Below the pieces are notes generated by a model, which saw only the letters and a list, made by a program, of their open reading frames with translations, was not told the origin of the DNA and did no database searches. A stretch of DNA of 64,000 nt from the human T2T-CHM13v2.0 reference genome, Homo sapiens, in the NCBI RefSeq assembly GCF_009914755.1, contig NC_060940.1, one strand, 5' to 3'. This document shows, one piece after another, positions 57,818 through 64,000 of this stretch. A program made the translations under genes and the position numbers. The number at the start of each line of letters is the position of its first letter. Within the stretch, counting starts at the first letter, position 1.

Positions 57818-60800
57818 GGTAGGGTCCGTTCGATGTTGATTCCATTGGAGTGCATTCGATGATTCCATTCGAGTCCATTTTATGATTTGATTCGAGTCCT
57901 TTCGATGATTCCATTCGATTCCACTCGATGATGATTTCATTCGAGTCCATTCGACACTTCCAATCGATTCCATTTGATGTTTCCATTCGAGTCCAATTGA
58001 TGATTCCATTCAATTCCATTCGATGATGATTCCGTACGATTCCATTCTGTGATGATTCCATGTGATTGCATTCAATGATGATTCCTTTCGATTGCATTCG
58101 ATTATGATTCATTTCGTGTTCATTCTATGGTTCCACAGGTTTCCATTCGATGACGTTTCCGTTCGTGTCCATTCCATTATTCCATTCTATTTCATTTGAT
58201 GATGATTCCATTCGATTCCATTCATTGGTGATTCCACTCAATTCCATTCAATGATTCCATTCCATTTCTTTCAACAATGATTCCATTAGTTTCTATTCGA
58301 TGATCCACTTGATTCCATTTGGCGATGATTCCATTCGTGTCCATTCGATGATTCCATTTGATTCCATATGATGATGATTCCATTCGATTCCATACCATGA
58401 TGATTCCATTCGAGTCCATTCAATGGTGATTCCATTCAATTCCATTCGATGATTCCTTCCGATTCCATTCGATGATGATGGCATTCGATTCCTTTCAATC
58501 ATTCCCTTTGATTCCATTCAAAGGTGATTTCATTCAAGTCCATTCGATAATTGCATTCGATTCCATTCTATGATGATTCCATTCGAGTCCATTTGATGAT
58601 TCCATTCAATTCAAGTCAATGATGATTCCATTCGATTCCACTCGATGATTCCATTGGATTCCATTCGATGATGATTCCATTCAAATCCATTCGATAATTC
58701 AATTCAAGTCCATTCGATGATGATTCCAATCGAATCCATTCAAAGATTCCATTCAATTCCATTCGATGATGATTCCCTTAGATTCCATTCGATGATTCCA
58801 CTTGATTCCATTTACGATGATTCCATTCGATTCCATGTGATGAATCCATTCAATTCTATTCAATGATGTTTCCATTTGATTCCATTGGACCATGATTGCC
58901 TTTGATTCCATTCAATGATTCCATTCGGTTCCATTTGATGATGATTCCGTTCGATTCCATTTCATTATTCCATTTGATTCCATTGGATGAGTCCATTCGA
59001 TTACATTCGATGATTATTCCATTCGAGTGCATTAGATGATTGCATTCGAGTCCATTTGATGATTCCATTCGATTCCATTCGATGTTGATTCTGTTCAAAT
59101 CCATTCGATGATTCCACTCGATTCCATTCGATGACTCCATTTGATCCCATTCGATGATTTCCTGTGATTCCCTTTGATGATCATTCTATTTGATTCAATT
59201 CGGTGATTTCATTTCATTCCATTCAGTGATGTTTCCATTCGACTGTATTCGATGATGATTCCATTCGACTCCATTCGATTATGATTTCATTCAATTCCAT
59301 TCAATAATGATTCCCTTCGAGTCCATTCGATGATTCCATTCGATTCCATTCAACGATGATTTGATTCGTTTCCATTCGATGATTCCATTTGATTCCACTT
59401 GATGATGATTCCATTCGAGTCTATTTATGTATTATATTCGTGTCCACTTCATGATTCCATTCAATTCCATTTAATGTTGATTCCATTTGATTCCATTTGA
59501 TGATTCAGTTCGATTCCTTGCAATGATTCCCTACGATTCCTTTCTATGAGGATTCCATTAGATTCCATTCATTTATGATTTCATTCGACTCCATTCGATG
59601 ATGATTCCTTTCGATTCCATTTGACGATGTTTCCATTCGAGTCCATTCGATGATGATTCTATTCAATTCTGTTCTATTATGATTCCATTCGATTTCATTC
59701 AATGCTTCTATTTGATTCCATTCGATGATGATTCCATCTCTTTCCCTTCGATGATTCCATTTGATTCCATTCAGTGATGATTCCATTTGATTCCATCTGA
59801 TGATGATTTCACTTGATTCCTTTCAATGATGATTCAATTCAAGTCCATTCGATGATTCCATTGGAGTCCAAACGATCATTCCGTTCGATTCCATTCAATG
59901 GTGATTCCATTCATGTCCATTCGATGAATCCATTCAATTCCATTCGATGATGACTCCATTCGAGTACATTCGATGATTCCATTTGATTCCATTTGAAGAT
60001 GATTCCATTCAATTCCATTCGAAGATGATTCCATTCAATTCCATTCGATGATGATTCCGTATGAATCCATTCTCTGATTATTCCATTTGATTCCATTCAT
60101 TGACGATTCCATTCAATTCCATTCAATGATGATTCTCTTCTATTCCATTCGATGATTCCGGTCGATTCCATTCGATGATGATTCCATTAGATTCCATTCG
60201 ATTGTTGCATTCGATTCCCTTCGATGATGATTCCTTTGAATTCCATTCGATTATCATTCCGTATGAATCCATTTGATGATTATTCCATTGGATTCCTTTC
60301 GATGATGATTCCATTCGATTCCATTTGATGATGTTTCTCTTGTATTCCATTGGATAATTCCTTTCAGTTCCCTTCGATGATTATTCTTTCGAGTCAATTC
60401 GATGATTCTATTCCATTCCCTTCGATGATGATTCCATTTCACTCCATTGGATGATTCCATTCGACTCAATTTGGTGATGATTCAATTCGATGACATTCGA
60501 TGACTCCATTCAATTTCATTTGATGATGATTACATTCGAGTCCATTTGATGATTGTATTCCTTTCCTTTTGATGATTATTCCATTCGTGTCTATTCAAAG
60601 AATCCATTCTATTCCATTCAATGATGATTGCATTTGATTCCATTCAATGAATATGGCTATCGATTCCACTCGTTGATTCCATTTGATTCCGTTCGATGAT
60701 TATTCCGTTAGATTCCATTAGAAGATTCCATTCGATTTTATTCAATGATTCCAATGGATTCCATTCAATGATGATTCCATTCGACTCCATTCAGTGATTC

Positions 60801-61895
60801 CATTCGAGTCCATTTGATGATTCCATTCTTTTCCATTTGATGATGATTCCATTAGGGTCCATTCAATGATTCCATTCGAGTCCATTCGTTAATGCCTTTC
60901 GAGTCCTTTTGATCACTACATTCGAGTCCATTCAATGATTCTATTCGATTTCATTCCATGATGATTCCATTCGAGTTCATTCGATGATTGCATTCGAGTC
61001 CATTTGATGATTCCATATGATTCCATTCGTGTCCATTTGATGATTCCATTCATTTCCTATCGATGAAGATTCCATTCAAGGGTATTCGATGATTCCATTC
61101 AAATCCATTCGATGATGATTCCATTCCAGTCCATTCGATCATTCCACTTGATTCCATTTGATGACTATTCCATTCAAATCCATTTGATGATTCCATTCGA
61201 TTCCATTCGATGTTACCATTCGAGTATATACGATGATTCCACTCGATTCCATTTGATGATTATTCCATTGGAGTCCACTTAGTGAATCCTTTAGATTCTA
61301 CTCGAAGATGATTCCATTCGAGTCCATTCGATGATACCATTCAATTCCATTCGTTGATGCTTCCATTCAAGTGCATTCGATGATATCATTCGATTCCATT
61401 TGATGATAATTCCATTTGATTCCATGCGATGATTCTATTCGATTCCATTCAATGATAATTCCATTCAATTCAGTGATTCCTCTGGACTCCATTTGATGAT
61501 GATTCCATTCAATGATTCCATTCGATTCTATTCCAAAATGATTCCATTTGAATCCATTTGATGATGATTCCATTGGATTCCATTTGATGATTCCATTCGA
61601 TTCCATTCGATGATGATTCCATTCGATTCCATTTGATGATTCCATTCTATTCTATTCGATGATGATTCCATTCGATTCCATTCGATGATGATTGGATTCG
61701 ATTCCATTTGATTCCATTCGATAATGATTTCGATCAATTCCATTCGATGATTCCATTCGATTCCATTCGATAATGATTACATCCGAGTCCATTCGATGAT
61801 TCCATTTGAGCCCGTTCGATAATTCCATTTGAGTCCAATCAATGATTCCATTCATTTCCATTCAATGATTCCATTCGAGTCCATTTGATCATTCC
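57818..61895 (+). repeat. 4078-bp variant unit (unit 11) carrying the full 1810-bp alternative HSat2 module
   Basis: Spacing 4078 = 6112 +19 -2040 (59422-61231 replaces canonical 1946-5795) -13 (~61710). Confidence 0.88.
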
Positions 61896-64000
61896 GGTAG
61901 GGTCCGTTCGATGTTGATTCCATTGGAGTGCATTCGATGATTCCATTCGAGTCCATTTTAGGATTTGATTCGAGTCCTTTCGATGATTCCATTCGATTCC
62001 ACTCGATGATTTCATTCGAGTCCATTCGACACTTCCAATCGATTCCATTTGATGTTTCCATTCGATTCCAATTGATGATTCCATTCAATTCCATTCGATG
62101 ATGATTCCGTACGATTCCATTCTGTGATGATTCCATGTGATTGCAATCAATGATGATTCCTTTCGATTGCATTCGATTATGATTCATTTCGTGTTCATTC
62201 TATGGTTCCACAGGTTTCCATTCGATGATGTTTCCATTCGTTTCCATTCCATTATTAGATTCTATTCCATTTGAAGATGATTCCATTCGATTCCATTCAT
62301 TGGTGATTCCACTCAATTCCATTCAATGATTCCATTCCATTTCTTTCAACAATGATTCCATTAGTTTCTATTCGATGATCCACTGGATTCCATTTGACGA
62401 TGATTCCATTCGTGTCCATTCGATGATTCCATTTGATTCCATATGATGATGATTCCATTCGATTCCATACGATGATGATTCCATTCGAGTCCATTCAATG
62501 GTGATTCCATTCAATTCCATTCGATGATTCCTTTCGATTCCATTCAATGATGATGGCATTCGATTCCTTTCGATCATTCCCTTTGATTCCATTCAAATGT
62601 GATTTCATTCAAGTCCATTCGATAATTGCATTCGATTCCATTCTATGATGATTCCATTCGAGTCCATTTGATGATTCCATTCAATTCAAGTCAATGATGA
62701 TTCCATTCGATTCCACTCGATGATTCCATTGGATTCCATTCGATGATGATTCCATTCAAATCCATTCGATAATTCAATTCAAGTCCATTCGATGATGATT
62801 CCAATCGAATCCATTCAAAGATTCCACTCAATTCCATTCGATGATGATTCCCTTAGATTCCATTCGATGATTCCACTTGATTCCATTTACGATGATTCCA
62901 TTCGATTCCATGTGATGATTCCATTCAATTCTATTCAATGATGTTTCCACTTGATTCCATTCGAACATGATTGCCTTTGATTCCATTCAATGATTCCATA
63001 CGGTTCCATTTGATGATGATTCCATTCGAGTGCATTAGATGATTCCATTCGAGTCCATTCGATGATTCCATTCGATTCCATTCGATGTTGATTCTGTTCA
63101 AATCCATTCGATGATTCCACTCGATTCCATTCGATGACTCCATTTGATCCCATTCGATGATTTCCTTTGATTCCCTTTGATGATCATTCCATTTGATTCA
63201 ATTCAGTGATTTCATTTGATTCCATTCAGTGATGTTTCCATTCAACTCCTTTCGATGATGATTCCATTCGACTCCATTCGATTATGATTTCATTCAATTC
63301 CATTCGATAATGATTCCCTTCAAGTCCATTCGATGATTCCATTCGATTCCATTCAACGATGATTTGATTCGTGTCCATTCGATGATTCCATTTGATTCCA
63401 TTTGATGATGATTCCATTCGAGTCCCTTTCATGATTCCATTCAATACCATTCTCCGATGATTTCTTTTGAGCCCATTCAATGCTTCCACTCGATTCCATA
63501 TGATGATGACTCCATTTGATGAAATTCCATGATGATTCCATTCGCTTGCATTCGATGATGATTCCACTTGAGTCCGTTAGAAGATTCTATTCAATTACAT
63601 TCCATGACGATTCTGTTCGAGTCCATTTGATGATTCCATTAGACTCCATTCGACGATGATTCCATTCGATGTTATTCGATGATGATTCCATTCAACTCCA
63701 TTCGATGTTTCCATTCGAGTTCATTCTATTATTCCATTAGATTCCATTCGATGATGATTCCATTCGATTCCATTTGATGATTGCATTCTATTTCATTTGA
63801 TGATGATTCCATTCGAGTCCATTCGATGATTCCATTCGAGTCCATTTAATGAATCCATTGGTTTCAATTCTATGATGATTACATTGGATTCCATACGTTG
63901 ATGATTTCATTCGATTCCATTCAATGATGATTCCATTCAATTCCATTCAATGATTCCATTCAATTCCATACGATGATGATTCCATTTGATTTGATTCGAC
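61896..64000 (+). repeat. Partial, more divergent unit (unit 12)
   Basis: Colinear with the canonical unit but 3 bp (~62010), 72 bp (~63020) and 23 bp (~63680) shorter at three sites, with many private substitutions. Confidence 0.85.

Larger units (their letters stand above)
1..64000 (+). repeat. Human satellite II (HSat2/HSATII) tandem array, CATTC-rich strand on +; probably the HSat2B 6.1-kb-period array of chr16 pericentromeric heterochromatin
   Basis: Continuous degenerate (GATTCCATTC)(GAT)1-2 repeats with abundant CATTCGATTC, CATTCGAGTC and TCGA/GANTC sites; few pure (CATTC)n runs, so HSat2 rather than HSat3; no unique sequence anywhere. The family call is firm; the subfamily/chromosome call rests on the recalled 6.1 kb periodicity only. 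Confidence 0.97.

Noticed and set aside
59422-61231. Mobile element insertion or inversion explaining the alternative module
   Set aside because: It retains CATTC polarity and satellite composition; there is no poly(A), target-site duplication, LTR or Alu/L1-like sequence. No strand switch was seen anywhere in the window.
304-63567. Many short minus-strand ORFs (MESSNGIEWNH-type peptides, 60-132 aa)
   Set aside because: They are direct translations of (GAATGGAATC)(ATC)n, which supplies frequent ATGs and few stops. They overlap in several frames, are low complexity, have no recognisable domain, and are freely broken between copies.
1-64000. CRISPR-like array or a microbial repeat-protein system
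   Set aside because: There is no conserved-repeat plus unique-spacer architecture and no cas-like or other long ORFs; the whole sequence is degenerate CATTC satellite.
1-64000. HSat3 or alpha satellite assignment
   Set aside because: Pure (CATTC)n runs are only 2-3 copies long and CATTCGATTC/GATGAT blocks dominate; no 171-bp monomers or CENP-B boxes were seen.

Overview
The whole 64 kb window is one uninterrupted, single-orientation tandem array of human satellite II (HSat2/HSATII). It consists of degenerate CATTC pentamers arranged as GATTCCATTC / GATGATTCCATTC / GATGATGATTCCATTC blocks (23/26-bp classical Sat2 monomers), nested in a ~6.1 kb higher-order unit. From recall, a 6.1 kb period fits the pericentromeric HSat2B array of human chr16q11.2; I cannot confirm this without alignment. 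I see no credible genes, RNA genes, transposons or CRISPR arrays, and all listed ORFs are translation artefacts of the repeat. The interest is structural. The once-per-unit landmark GGTAGGG (361, 6473, 12493, 18035, 24147, 30167, 33393, 39505, 45617, 51729, 57818, 61896) gives unit lengths of 6112, 6020, 5542, 6112, 6020, 3226, 6112, 6112, 6112, 6089 and 4078 bp. These resolve into a 17,674-bp super-repeat, deletions with microhomology junctions (570, 2886, 23 bp), chimeric units carrying an alternative 0.9/1.8 kb module, and a homogeneous 6112-bp block. There is also one DUX4-consensus motif in each of the first ten units, mutated in one copy and absent from the 4078-bp unit. I found no new protein-coding system.
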